Assembly (NCBI GenBank): GCA_963664225.1
Contig: OY760937.1
Span: forward strand, 224,001 to 288,000
From: Verrucomicrobiia bacterium
Lineage (GTDB): Bacteria; Verrucomicrobiota; Verrucomicrobiia; Limisphaerales; UBA1319
DNA length: 64,000 nucleotides
Reading direction: 5' to 3'
The position numbers and the translations under genes are program-made. The notes under the pieces are model-generated. The model saw only the letters and a list, made by a program, of their open reading frames with translations, made no database searches and had not been told where the DNA came from. The first letter of the stretch is position 1; every line of letters starts with the position of its first letter. Below, one piece after another: positions 30,588 through 40,790 of this stretch.

Positions 30588-31274
30588 ATGAAACATGCTG
30601 GCAAAGCAGGGCAGGCGGGACGGCGGATGATCTTGTGGACGCTGATCCTGATCGTGGCCATTCTGGGAGGTGGTCTCTGCGCCATTGTGCTGGGATCGTT
30701 GATCGCGATGGCAACCTCATTCCTCATCGGAATGTGGTTCTTGTTTGCGTTGTTTACGTTGTATTTTTTTCGCGATCCCACGCCGGCGGTGCCCAAAGGG
30801 CAGGGGCTGTATTTGAGCCCTTGTCACGGCACCGTGACGATCATCGATGAGGTCGAGGAACCCGAATTCATGCGCGGACGTTGCCAGCGCATCTCGGTTT
30901 TTCTGTCGATTTTCGATGTGCATGTTCAAAAAGCCCCGGTTTCGGGCAGTGTCTCTTACATGCAATATCATGAGGGCGAGTTTCTCAACGCCCTGAAGCC
31001 CGAGTCCGCCGCGAGAAATGAGAATATTCTCATTGGATTTGATTCGTCCGAGGATCCTGGAGAGCGCATCGGGATGCGGCTAATCGCCGGGGTGATCGCG
31101 CGGCGGATAGTGCCGTGGATTGAGGAAGGGGATGCCGTGGAACGCGGTGAGCGGATTAGTTTGATCCAATTTGGTTCGCGCTGCGATCTTTATGTGCCGC
31201 TAACGGCCAGGATCGATGCGAAACTCGGAGACAAGGTAATTGGAGGCCAGACTATTTTGGCCAGGCGCGGGTAA
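30588..31274 (+). CDS. psd: Phosphatidylserine decarboxylase proenzyme (short type)
   Basis: FFRDP, FLSIFDVH, RNE, IAG.IARRI, FGSR cleavage site; next to pssA. Confidence 0.92.
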   Translation: MKHAGKAGQAGRRMILWTLILIVAILGGGLCAIVLGSLIAMATSFLIGMWFLFALFTLYFFRDPTPAVPKGQGLYLSPCHGTVTIIDEVEEPEFMRGRCQRISVFLSIFDVHVQKAPVSGSVSYMQYHEGEFLNALKPESAARNENILIGFDSSEDPGERIGMRLIAGVIARRIVPWIEEGDAVERGERISLIQFGSRCDLYVPLTARIDAKLGDKVIGGQTILARRG

Positions 31275-31281
31275 TAATATT

Positions 31282-32145
31282 ATGGCGGACGATTCGCACC
31301 AATCGGTTGAAGCGCAGGACGACGATGGAAAGCTGAGGATTTACCTCCTGCCAAATCTGTTTACGGCGGGCAATCTTTTCTGCGGTTTTCTGGCATTGAC
31401 GAAGATTGTCGAAGCCAATATCGCTTCCGACAATTTCAATGACGTGATACGTCACGCCCTGTTATTCATTTTTCTGGCCTGCATTTGCGACATGCTCGAT
31501 GGGCGGGTGGCGCGCTTGGGCGGTTACGAAAGCCCGTTTGGACGGGAATTTGATTCGCTGGCGGACATTATTTCGTTTGGCGTGGCTCCGGCATTTCTGG
31601 TTCACCGCGTGGTGCTGCACGATGTGTTTCAAAAGCATCCTGAAGTCGGGTGGTTCATTGCGTCGGTGTATCTGATTTGCGGGGCGTTGCGGTTGGCGCG
31701 TTTTAATTGTTACGCTGCAATGCCGCATTCGAAAGGCGGCAGCGACTTTATGGGTTTTCCCATTCCGGCTGCGGCGGGTGTCGTGGCGTCCATCACGCTC
31801 TTTTTGCTGTGGTGGGATGAACGGGATTTTGCAAAAGGGACATGGCGGTATCTCCTTCCTTTCATCATGGTCTTTGTATCTGTAATGATGGTTAGCGAGG
31901 TTAAATATCCTTCGTTCAAGCATCTGGATTGGAGAACCAAACGCACGTTTGCGCGCATGGCCGTGGTGATACTGGTCATCGGTTTCTTCCTGATTTTGTG
32001 GAAAAAGGTCCTTCCATGGGCTCTGCCTCTGCTTTTCACAGGATATCTGGTGTACGGTTTTGTCCGGCCGTACATCTCGCGTAAAATGCGCGCTGAAATC
32101 GAGGACGATACAGAGTCCGAGGATGACGAGTCTCCCCATGACTGA
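31282..32145 (+). CDS. pssA: CDP-diacylglycerol--serine O-phosphatidyltransferase
   Basis: LPNLFT, DMLDGRVAR..S.FG.EFDSLAD..SFGVAPA, LRLARFN, F.G.P.P. Confidence 0.93.
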   Translation: MADDSHQSVEAQDDDGKLRIYLLPNLFTAGNLFCGFLALTKIVEANIASDNFNDVIRHALLFIFLACICDMLDGRVARLGGYESPFGREFDSLADIISFGVAPAFLVHRVVLHDVFQKHPEVGWFIASVYLICGALRLARFNCYAAMPHSKGGSDFMGFPIPAAAGVVASITLFLLWWDERDFAKGTWRYLLPFIMVFVSVMMVSEVKYPSFKHLDWRTKRTFARMAVVILVIGFFLILWKKVLPWALPLLFTGYLVYGFVRPYISRKMRAEIEDDTESEDDESPHD

Positions 32146-32800
32146 CGTTGGCCAATTGGTGGTGGCGTGGGTGGTTGGTTTTATCAGCGGGTTGCTTGTT
32201 TCGATTCCCGTTGGCCCCATTAATATCACCATTTTGAACGAAGGTTCGCGCCGGGGATTTCATTGGGCGTTGCTGATTGGCATGGGATCGGTCTCCATGG
32301 AGGTGATTTATTGCACGATTGGGTTTGCAGGTTTTGCGGGATTGTTCGATTCCCGATGGCTGCGGGCCACAATGGAATTATCCACCTTCATGCTGATGTC
32401 CTATTTGGGGCTTAAGTACATGCTGATGCGCGCGCTACCTCAGAGTTCCAGGACCGAGGCGGCGGTGGAGCAGAGGCTGCATCCGCATACAGCGTTCATG
32501 ACGGGATTTGTCCGGGTGCTGGGCAATCCTAACGTCCTGCTGGGGTGGATCACATTGTCGGCCACATTCATTGCTCATGAATGGGTTCAAACAACGTGGA
32601 CAAGCCGGTTGATATGTATCAGCGGGGTGGCGGTCGGGGCCATGGTCTGGTTCTTCATGCTCAGTTATTTGGTGGCCAAAACCCATGGCCGTTTTTCCGC
32701 GCGAACCTTGCTGCGCATGTCCCAATTATCTGGCGCATCTCTGCTGTTAATGGCTCTGGTGATCGGTGGTCGGTTGGTCTATATGCTGGCCAGGCATTAA
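32138..32800 (+). CDS. LysE-family translocator
   Basis: SIPVGPIN, G.G...E..Y, GF...L.NP, G...G...W; about six TM helices. Confidence 0.85.
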   Translation: MTDVGQLVVAWVVGFISGLLVSIPVGPINITILNEGSRRGFHWALLIGMGSVSMEVIYCTIGFAGFAGLFDSRWLRATMELSTFMLMSYLGLKYMLMRALPQSSRTEAAVEQRLHPHTAFMTGFVRVLGNPNVLLGWITLSATFIAHEWVQTTWTSRLICISGVAVGAMVWFFMLSYLVAKTHGRFSARTLLRMSQLSGASLLLMALVIGGRLVYMLARH

Positions 32801-32988
32801 GTGCCGGGGTTGATAACTGTGAATTTCTGGCTTCCATCTGGGACCGTATTGCCCGACTTTCGATACTGGGTATTATTTGCGAACCAACCATTATCCTTCG
32901 TTCGATGAAGATTGCCGCCCCAAAGGTCATCGCTCCAGCGCCAATGGAATATCGGGATCGGTAATGGATAGTACGGTTCCATCAGCGC

Positions 32989-33017
32989 AAAAAAAGCCCG
33001 GTTTAAAACCGGGCTTC
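32989..33017 (-). terminator. Rho-independent terminator of the VPDSG-CTERM gene
   Basis: Minus strand reads AAGCCCGG-ttttaaa-CCGGGCTT followed by a T run. Confidence 0.85.
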
Positions 33018-33043
33018 GAAGTTAATTTGAATGGCGGATTGGA

Positions 33044-33664
33044 TTAAACGCCCAGTTTTCGGCGCAGGGCACCGAGGCCGAGAAAAGCCAGACCAAGAAG
33101 GCCCGCCGTGCTGGCGCCATCCGGCACCGAGGAGGAGACCTGTGTCACAGTGGCACTAATCGTGGCACCAGATCGCTGATCGCCCGAAAGTCCAAAGAGA
33201 CCCTTGTTAAATTTCGCGTCGTTCAGCGAAACCATAAAGGAACGATCTCCGGGAATATCAACCGTCACCGGGCCATTCCATGTGACAGAGCCATACTGGG
33301 ACAGGCCGAATAAGGCAAAACCACCAAATGTCACGCCTTTAACGGTGGCACCTGTGGAAGGATCTGTGAAGTCCAGTGTTGCCGAAATGCTCATGGGCAC
33401 GGTGTCTTCACCGGCATTGACGGTGCTTTCAGTCGTCCAGATACTGAAGAAACTGAAAGTTGTGAATTGCCCATCATCCAAAGCGAATGTCCTGCCACTA
33501 ACCCCGGCATCGATGGATGTCTGGATTGTTAATCCAGGATCTGTGGAGTTCGCTGAAACGAACGAACCGGTCCCGATTTCATAGTTCTTTGTGATAGCGA
33601 AAGCCGACGGAGCGCTAAGGCCGACCGTCACAACCGCCACTCCCAACACATGCATTAATTTCAT
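33044..33664 (-). CDS. Secreted surface protein with a VPDSG-CTERM (PEP-CTERM-like) exosortase sorting signal
   Basis: Signal peptide; Ser/Thr/Gly-rich beta body; C-terminal VPDGAST-AGLLGLAFLGLGAL-RRK. Confidence 0.9.
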   Translation of the reverse strand: MKLMHVLGVAVVTVGLSAPSAFAITKNYEIGTGSFVSANSTDPGLTIQTSIDAGVSGRTFALDDGQFTTFSFFSIWTTESTVNAGEDTVPMSISATLDFTDPSTGATVKGVTFGGFALFGLSQYGSVTWNGPVTVDIPGDRSFMVSLNDAKFNKGLFGLSGDQRSGATISATVTQVSSSVPDGASTAGLLGLAFLGLGALRRKLGV

Positions 33665-33839
33665 ACGTAACCTTTCGTTTTTTTTGATTGCTGCTGGCGC
33701 ATCTCATTCGATTTGCGACTCAGGTGTGGTTTGGAATTCTGTAATACCTCCGCGTTTTCGTCCGTGCCATAACCTTTTCAACAGTCCCCACCCCCATGAC
33801 CTCTTGATTCTTGTCCGCCCCACTTGTCAAAGGTGACAT

Positions 33840-33856
33840 AGCAAACTCTGGTCCAA
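33840..33856 (-). promoter_or_regulatory. Sigma-54 (-24/-12) promoter
   Basis: Minus strand TTGGACCAGAGTTTGCT, i.e. GG-N10-GC with TTGC, about 176 bp upstream of the VPDSG-CTERM start. Confidence 0.6.
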
Positions 33857-34051
33857 TGGTTCTTTTGAAATGTTTCTTGAATCGTAAGTGACTAAATATG
33901 AACAATATAAAATAGATTAATAATTTCAGATGTAATATCCCCTCCCGGCATTGGGCTGGTTCGATTGTAAGCCAGGACTTCAGAATGGCGGGCTGTGACC
34001 GGAGCTGTGTTTCTATCTCATTCGCTACAAGTGATATATGAAATAAAATGA

Positions 34052-34159
34052 GGTGTAAAATATACTTACACCGCATGGTGGGACGCCTTCAAAGGTGTTT
34101 ATAACGTTATGGATTTTAATGATTTACAACTAACCTAATGTTGTAAAACCAGTTTACAA
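34052..34159. promoter_or_regulatory. Two palindromic TGT-N11-ACA enhancer-binding-protein sites
   Basis: GGTGTAA-aatatac-TTACACC (34052-34072) and TTGTAAA-accag-TTTACAA (34141-34159). Confidence 0.65.
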
Positions 34160-34277
34160 TATTAGGGTGTGGTTTGGATTTGTGATATGGTCTCGGATAT
34201 CAAACCTTACTAATCCATTCCGATTTTATGACGTTCAACCGGTTGAATTTTAGGTTGATCAGGCTAGACTGACGCTT

Positions 34278-35309
34278 ATGGATAGAGGACTTCGAATTAC
34301 TGGGGATCCGGAATTACATCAAAGAATTCGTGATTTGATTGCTTATAAAGGTGGAGGGGCCAATCCTGAATTAGTCGAGGACATCATTGAAAACGCCCTA
34401 AAACTGCTCAACGACGTACAAGACCGGGGAGATGTGCGGGTGATTCAGACGGCAGTTCGCGAGTTGCGCTATGCATTTCGGCTGTTCGCGCCTTATTCAG
34501 ATCGGCGCAAGGTGACGATTTTTGGTTCGGCCCGGATTCAGCCTGAACAGGTGGAATACCAGCAAGCTGCAGAATTTGGCCGTAAAATTGTGGAAGCCGG
34601 ATTCATGGTGATCACGGGTGCGGGTCCGGGGATCATGCAGGCCGGCCATGAAGGTGCCGGACCGGAAATGAGTTTTGGGGCAAATATCCGGCTGCCGTGG
34701 GAGCAAAATCCCAATCCGGTCATCGAAAAGGACCGCAAATTGGTAACGTTCAAGTATTTCTTCACGCGCAAATTCACTTTTTTACGCCAGGCGGACGCGC
34801 TGGTGCTTTTTCCGGGCGGGTTTGGGACGATGGATGAGGGGTATGAGGCGTTGACGTTGATGCAAACGGGCAAGAGCCGCTTGATGCCGCTGGTGTTGGT
34901 GGATCGTCCCGGAGGCACGTATTGGAAGACCTGGGACAAGCATGTGCGGGAGCATCTGTTGCGCAATGAACTGATTTCGGAGGAGGATCTTGATTTATAC
35001 CAGATCACGGACAATACGGACCATGCGGTGCGGGTGATCACGCGATTCTATCGCAATTACCACTCGAGCCGTTTTGTGAGGGATTTGTATGTGATCCGGC
35101 TGATGCATCCGCCGACTGAAACGGCCATTGCGGCATTAAATGAGGATTTTGCAGATATTGTCGAGGATGCGAAATTCCACAAGAGTGGGGCGTTGCCCGA
35201 GGAGGTGGCGGATCAGGATCATGTGGATCTGCCGCGGCTGGCGTTTGGTTTTGACCGGCGGAGTTACGGTCGGTTGCGTCAATTGATCGATGTGCTGAAT
35301 ACCTGGTAA
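34278..35309 (+). CDS. LOG-family nucleotide phosphoribohydrolase (long form)
   Basis: VTIFGSAR, ITGAGPGIM, FKYFFTRK, FPGGFGTMDE. Confidence 0.92.
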   Translation: MDRGLRITGDPELHQRIRDLIAYKGGGANPELVEDIIENALKLLNDVQDRGDVRVIQTAVRELRYAFRLFAPYSDRRKVTIFGSARIQPEQVEYQQAAEFGRKIVEAGFMVITGAGPGIMQAGHEGAGPEMSFGANIRLPWEQNPNPVIEKDRKLVTFKYFFTRKFTFLRQADALVLFPGGFGTMDEGYEALTLMQTGKSRLMPLVLVDRPGGTYWKTWDKHVREHLLRNELISEEDLDLYQITDNTDHAVRVITRFYRNYHSSRFVRDLYVIRLMHPPTETAIAALNEDFADIVEDAKFHKSGALPEEVADQDHVDLPRLAFGFDRRSYGRLRQLIDVLNTW

Positions 35310-35410
35310 ATTACCTTCGGCAGTCAGGGGGTATTCTCGTTGACCGGTGGCGTTAAAAACAGCTACATGTGGGTGTAATCAACGGTCACTGAGCGGCGCG
35401 CAAAAGAACC

Positions 35411-36670
35411 ATGAACTCGAAACAACGTTTTCAAACCACGCTGAACCATCGACAGCCCGACCGCGTGTGCGTTGACTTTGGCGCCACCGCAGTTACCGGG
35501 ATTCATGTTTCAGTGGTGCATGGGTTGCGCCAGCGCCTGCTTGGGGAGCCTGAAAACCGGGTGAAGGTGATCGAGCCTTACCAAATGCTGGGCGAATTGG
35601 ACGATCGTCTTCAGGAGGCCTTGGGCATCGATATCATGGGGGTTTTGCCGCGCAAATCGATGTTCGCCACGGAAGCCCGGGATTGGAAGCCTTTTACCTT
35701 GTTTGATGGCACGCCCTGCCTGGTTCCCGGGGATTTCAATTTGACTCCCGCGCCGGGCGGTGGCTGGTTCATGCATCCAGAGGGAGATATCACCGCGCCG
35801 CCCAGTGGACATATGCCGGAAGGTGGATATTTTTTCGATGCGGTCATCCGCCAGGATCCGCTCGATGAGGACAAGCTGAATCCCGCGGACAACCTGGAGG
35901 AGTTCGGTTTGTTCAAGCCGGAGGACGTGGGTTATTATCGGAAGCTGGCGGCACAGGCCGAAGAGCGTTCAGAGATGGGTTGCATGCTGATTGTGCCCGG
36001 GGCGGCATTTGGCGATATTGCGCTGGTCCCCGCGCCGTTTTTGAAGCATCCCAAAGGCATTCGCGATGTTCAGGAATGGTATATTTCGACCAAGACACGC
36101 CGCGATTATGTGTATCAAATATTTGAGCAGCAGTGCGCCATCGCGCTACAAAATATCGCCACGTTGATCGAAATATTTGGCGACCGCGTTCAGGCCGCCA
36201 TGATCACGGGCACGGATTTTGGGACGCAACGAGGGCCGTTCATTTCGGTGGCCGCATATCGCGATCTATTCATGCCGTTTCACAAGCGGGTCAACGATCT
36301 GATTCACGGCAAAAGCGGTTGGAAGACGTTCATCCATTCCTGCGGATCGATTTACAAGCTGATCCCGGATTTTATTGCGGCCGGCTTCGATATTTTGAAT
36401 CCGGTCCAGTGTTCCGCCACGGACATGGACGCCGGGCGGCTGAAGAAGGAATTTGGGAAGGACCTCGTTTTCTGGGGCGGCGGCGTCGATACGCAGAAGA
36501 CCATGGCTTTTGGAACGCCCGATGAGGTTTATCGCGAGGTGCGGGAGCGGATCGAGATATTCAACCAGGACGGCGGATTTGTGTTTAACAGCATCCATAA
36601 TGTCCAGGGCAACACGTCGATCGACAATGTTCTGGCGATGTTCAAAGCCATAAAGGACTCGGGGAAATAA
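35411..36670 (+). CDS. Uroporphyrinogen decarboxylase-family (URO-D-like) protein
   Basis: H.QPDR, DFGTQ, FIHSCG, LNPVQ, FWGGGVDTQ, GGFVF...HNVQ. Confidence 0.85.
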   Translation: MNSKQRFQTTLNHRQPDRVCVDFGATAVTGIHVSVVHGLRQRLLGEPENRVKVIEPYQMLGELDDRLQEALGIDIMGVLPRKSMFATEARDWKPFTLFDGTPCLVPGDFNLTPAPGGGWFMHPEGDITAPPSGHMPEGGYFFDAVIRQDPLDEDKLNPADNLEEFGLFKPEDVGYYRKLAAQAEERSEMGCMLIVPGAAFGDIALVPAPFLKHPKGIRDVQEWYISTKTRRDYVYQIFEQQCAIALQNIATLIEIFGDRVQAAMITGTDFGTQRGPFISVAAYRDLFMPFHKRVNDLIHGKSGWKTFIHSCGSIYKLIPDFIAAGFDILNPVQCSATDMDAGRLKKEFGKDLVFWGGGVDTQKTMAFGTPDEVYREVRERIEIFNQDGGFVFNSIHNVQGNTSIDNVLAMFKAIKDSGK

Positions 36671-36830
36671 CGGGCGTGAACCCCTGTTTGAGTGCGTTTG
36701 AGAAACAAGGAACAAGATTTGCGAAAAACCGGGCAAAAGTTGCGTAGCGCTCAATGATTCCGAGGGTGAATAATGACGGGCAGGAGTGAGGGATGGTTGT
36801 GCAGAAGAAATTTAAAACGAAAACAAACTT

Positions 36831-37835
36831 ATGCGAAAGAACTGTTTAAAGGCGCTGGCGATTCTCCAGACATTAACTTTGGCGGGAACGGTTTATGGGG
36901 CGACGGAGGCGAATGTCGTTCCGGAGGTGTTACGGACGCGGGCGCAAAAGTTGATGGGGCCGCTTCCTGACAAAATGTCAGGCGCGGAAAAAGACACTCC
37001 GGCGCGTGTCGAGTTGGGGAAAAAACTGTTCTTTGAAACGCAATTGTCCCAGGACCAAAAGATGTCCTGCAACACTTGCCATCAGGTGGAAGGGCGCAAG
37101 GGCGGGGTGGATAACGAGGCGACCTCCCTGGGAGTGGTGGGCAAGCGCGGCAGTCGTAATTCACCCACCGTCCTCAATGCGGGTTTTCAACTCTCGCAAT
37201 TCTGGGACGGACGCGCTGCCACGTTGGAAGATCAGGCCAAGGGGCCGATCCTCAACCCGGTGGAGATGGCCATGCCAGACGAGAAGGTTGTGATGAAGCG
37301 TCTGTCCGCCGACGCCCAGTACCCTGCCTTGTTCAAGAAGGCATTTTCAGAGGACACCGATCCAATGACTTATGACAATCTGGCCCGGGCCATTGCGGCC
37401 TATGAGCGGACACTGATCACGCACGATCGCTTCGACGATTTTCTCAAGGGAGATGACAAGGCGCTGACCGCGCAGGAATTACAGGGGCTCTCGCTGTTCT
37501 TGAAGACCGGTTGCGCAACCTGCCACAACGGTCCCACCCTTGGGGGAAACCGATATCACAAGCTGGGCCAGGCGCATAGCTACGCCAACCAATCGGATAT
37601 GGGCCGTTTCGACGTCACCAAGGTCGAAGCCGACAAACTCAAATTTAAGACTCCCGTGCTGCGGAATGTGGCGCTGACGGCGCCTTATTACCATGATGGT
37701 AAAATCCTGGCCCTGGCCGACGCGGTCACAGAAATGGCCTGGCTGCAGTTGGACAAAAAGCTCGAGGCGGATGAAACCGCCGCCATTGAGGCGTTTTTAA
37801 AATCACTGACAGATAAAGATCGCGAAACAAAGTAA
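36831..37835 (+). CDS. Di-heme cytochrome c peroxidase (CcpA/MauG family)
   Basis: Signal peptide, SCNTCH and GCATCH heme motifs, RNSPTVLNA, QFWDGRA..LEDQA.GP..NP.EM, FKTP.LRN...TAPY.HDG. Confidence 0.93.
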   Translation: MRKNCLKALAILQTLTLAGTVYGATEANVVPEVLRTRAQKLMGPLPDKMSGAEKDTPARVELGKKLFFETQLSQDQKMSCNTCHQVEGRKGGVDNEATSLGVVGKRGSRNSPTVLNAGFQLSQFWDGRAATLEDQAKGPILNPVEMAMPDEKVVMKRLSADAQYPALFKKAFSEDTDPMTYDNLARAIAAYERTLITHDRFDDFLKGDDKALTAQELQGLSLFLKTGCATCHNGPTLGGNRYHKLGQAHSYANQSDMGRFDVTKVEADKLKFKTPVLRNVALTAPYYHDGKILALADAVTEMAWLQLDKKLEADETAAIEAFLKSLTDKDRETK

Positions 37836-37859
37836 ACATTTAGTTAATCGGAATAAATT

Positions 37860-38834
37860 ATGCACAAAGGAGTAAATCGTCGGGATTTCATCAAGAACGC
37901 GGCTTTGACCCCCGCTGCGGTGTCCGTGGCGCTGGGCGCGGGGGCATTGCCCGCGATGGCGGAGGGTGCCGGGGCTGAAAAAGATTTCACAGGTCCCATG
38001 CCAGCCGCCAAAGGCACGCTGCCGATGGGAAAGATCGGCAAGTTGGAGTTGAGCCGCCTCATGCTCGGGGGCAACCTGATTTCCGGTTGGGCCCACAGCC
38101 GGGATTTGTCCTATGTGACCAAGCTGATGAAGAATTACAACACGGAGCACAAAATCCTCGAGACACTCGAAATTGCCGAGACCAACGGCATCAACGTCAT
38201 CAACCTGTCCATTGGGGATGACACGTCGTTCCTCAAAAAGCATTGGAAGCGCGGCGGCAAGATGATGCTGGTCGCGCAGGCCAATCCGGGTGACAAGAAT
38301 GAGCTTACTCAGTTCAAGCGGGCCGTGGATGCGGGAGCCTCCGCGGTGCATATCCAGGGCCATGGCGCGGAAAAACTGGTCGAGGACGGCCAGGTCGATG
38401 TAATCGCCAAAATCATGGAATACATCAAATCCCAGGGCGTGCCCGCAGGCGTGGGCGCGCATGCGCTTGAGGTCATCGTGGCATGTGAAAAGGCGAAGGT
38501 CGGGGCGGACTTCTACCAAAAAACGCTGCATACCAAAGATTATCGCTCGGCGCCCAAATCGGATGAGAAAGGCTTTTTAGGCTCATGGGACAACGGTTGG
38601 TGCAAGGACGCCGACGAAGTGATCGAGTTCATGTATAACGTGAAAAAACCCTTTGTCGCGTTCAAGGTCATGGCGGCGGGCGCGATTCCTCCGCAGAAGG
38701 CCTTCCAGTATGCCTTCAATGGCGGGGCGGATTTTGTGCTGGCCGGCATGTTCGACTGGCAGATTGAGGAGGATGTGCGCATTGCGAAGGAGGCCCTGAC
38801 TTCGGTGAAACGCGAGCGTCCGTGGATGGCGTGA
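37860..38834 (+). CDS. Tat-exported aldo/keto-reductase-like TIM-barrel protein of unknown function
   Basis: Twin-arginine NRRDFIK; LPMGKIG..ELSRL.LGGN; KP.VAFKVMAAG; GADF...GMF. Confidence 0.65.
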   Translation: MHKGVNRRDFIKNAALTPAAVSVALGAGALPAMAEGAGAEKDFTGPMPAAKGTLPMGKIGKLELSRLMLGGNLISGWAHSRDLSYVTKLMKNYNTEHKILETLEIAETNGINVINLSIGDDTSFLKKHWKRGGKMMLVAQANPGDKNELTQFKRAVDAGASAVHIQGHGAEKLVEDGQVDVIAKIMEYIKSQGVPAGVGAHALEVIVACEKAKVGADFYQKTLHTKDYRSAPKSDEKGFLGSWDNGWCKDADEVIEFMYNVKKPFVAFKVMAAGAIPPQKAFQYAFNGGADFVLAGMFDWQIEEDVRIAKEALTSVKRERPWMA

Positions 38835-38875
38835 GCAGATGCCCAGACAGAATCGACAAGTTGATAAAACCATTT

Positions 38876-39769
38876 ATGAAGATTTCATTTCGCGGATTGG
38901 CCTGTGCCGCCTTGCTGTGCGGTCTGACGATTTCTTCTCCGGCCTCCGAGGTCAGCGAAGGGGTCACGGGTTCGAATATCGTCACGGAGACTCTCGCCAG
39001 CAAATCACTCGATAAGGACGTTGCTTTTAATATATTGCTGCCGTCCGATTACGACGCCTCGACGCGGCGTTATCCGACTTTGTATTTGCTGCACGGCTAT
39101 GGGGACACCCATACAGCATGGTCCTTGATGACGGATCTTTCGGGTTACGCCGCCAAATACAAGATCATCATCGTCATGCCCAACGCAGAAAAGAGTTTTT
39201 ACGTGAACAGCGTCAAGGACTCCAAATCGAAGTTCGAGGACATGATCATGAAGGATCTGATGGCCTATGTGGACAGCCACTACCGGACGATTCCGCTGCC
39301 GCGTTCACGCGCGGTGGCCGGATTGTCCATGGGCGGTTTTGGCGCTGTCTTCCTGGGGCTCAAGCATCATGACAAATTTGCCGCCATCGGCACCTTCAGC
39401 GGAGCGGTATCACGGGTGCATATCACACCGCCGGATCCTTCAAAGCAAAGTGAGAACGACCGCAAATTCCAGCAAACACTCGATGATATGTTCGGCGCGC
39501 CCGGCACCAAGGAACGTGACGAGCGCGATCCATTCAAGATCGTGGAGAACATGCCTCTCAATGAGGTGCCCTATCTCTACATTGCCTGCGGTGGACAGGA
39601 TTTTCTGCTTGAGGAGAACCGGATGTTCGTCGATTACCTGTCCAAAAAGAAGATCACCTACGAGTATCACGAAATCTCCCCGCGCGTTCATTCCTGGGAT
39701 TTCTGGAACGATCAATTGCTCCAGTTTCTGGATTGCCTGCGGGGATTGAGCGGGTTTTCAGATATTTGA
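38876..39769 (+). CDS. Secreted alpha/beta-hydrolase esterase
   Basis: YPTLYLLHG, GLSMGG nucleophile elbow, CGGQD, HSWDFW. ATG at 38876. Confidence 0.9.
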   Translation: MKISFRGLACAALLCGLTISSPASEVSEGVTGSNIVTETLASKSLDKDVAFNILLPSDYDASTRRYPTLYLLHGYGDTHTAWSLMTDLSGYAAKYKIIIVMPNAEKSFYVNSVKDSKSKFEDMIMKDLMAYVDSHYRTIPLPRSRAVAGLSMGGFGAVFLGLKHHDKFAAIGTFSGAVSRVHITPPDPSKQSENDRKFQQTLDDMFGAPGTKERDERDPFKIVENMPLNEVPYLYIACGGQDFLLEENRMFVDYLSKKKITYEYHEISPRVHSWDFWNDQLLQFLDCLRGLSGFSDI

Positions 39770-39835
39770 AAATGGCCCGACCGGGCCGCCGGTGACTCCA
39801 TGGCGGCCAGGTTTAAATGGGAGTAAACTCGTCTT

Positions 39836-40537
39836 ATGAATAACAAACGATGGTTTGACGGCAAGTTGGCCGTATGGCTGGCGATATTGGCGGCCGGCCT
39901 GGGCCTGACGCTTCCAGCCCTTGCCGAAGTGCAGAGCGTCTTTTGCAAGGGGGGCAAATTCTGGGTGGTTGTCGATGGTGCGACGTCCGAAATTTCAAGT
40001 GAGGTCAAACTGCCCCACGAGGTCATCGTGAATACCAACGGGATGTTCATAGTGGATAAAGGGAAGGAGAGAAAACTGGAGGAAGGGCAGCGGATCGGCA
40101 TGGACGGGATGCTGCTGAGCACGAATGGATCAATCGGGCCCGTCTATGATCACATTGCGGTTAAGGGAGGCAGGGTTCTCGTGGTGCGTGATGGGGTGGC
40201 CACAGCGTTGACCGCCCCCATGTCCCTGCCCAATGGTGCGGTGTTCAAGCCGGATTCCTCGATGATCAAACCCGGTGGAATGCAAGTCCGGATGGTTGAC
40301 GGGCAGTTGTTTAATATCGATGGAACGCCCATTGCCACCAGGGACACGATATCGATGCAATCGGGCAAGGTGGTTTTGCAGAGGGACGGTTCATTGATGA
40401 CGTTGTTGCCGATACAAGTTACCGAAATGTCCGATGGCACGCGCGTGACAGGCACTGGCCTGGTCACATACAGGGACGGACGCAAGGTGCAATTGACCGA
40501 AGGTCAGATCATCACCGTAGCCGGCGTTGCCAGGTAA
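39836..40537 (+). CDS. Secreted beta-rich repeat protein (DUF6799-like)
   Basis: Signal peptide; about three repeats of the form V..G+V.V..DG...L....L.NG..V..G..(L.EGQ). Confidence 0.6.
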   Translation: MNNKRWFDGKLAVWLAILAAGLGLTLPALAEVQSVFCKGGKFWVVVDGATSEISSEVKLPHEVIVNTNGMFIVDKGKERKLEEGQRIGMDGMLLSTNGSIGPVYDHIAVKGGRVLVVRDGVATALTAPMSLPNGAVFKPDSSMIKPGGMQVRMVDGQLFNIDGTPIATRDTISMQSGKVVLQRDGSLMTLLPIQVTEMSDGTRVTGTGLVTYRDGRKVQLTEGQIITVAGVAR

Positions 40538-40752
40538 ACCCTGGCCCATCACACCCGAAATCCGAAATAGGAACGACCCATCTGACGCAATCATTTGGCC
40601 ATCCATGGTTTGAAACCGGCTGTGGAGTATTGGTTTAATACGCACTTTACCCCCTTAAATTAGCCGCCAATCGGGCTTATCGCCTTTAAACGCAAGGGAT
40701 TGAGGGGGAATGTAATAGTTCATATGTAGCCATACATATATCGATATTATAT

Positions 40753-40781
40753 TTGACTATAAAACGCACGTAACGTATTAT
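40753..40781 (+). promoter_or_regulatory. Sigma-70 promoter of the transposase
   Basis: TTGACT-N17-TATTAT, 9 nt before the ATG at 40791. Confidence 0.7.
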
Positions 40782-40790
40782 GTGGCCATT

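Noticed and set aside
33750..33772. TGGCAC as a sigma-54 -24 box closer to the VPDSG gene
   Set aside because: No GC at the required 10-nt spacing; the site at 33840-33856 fits.
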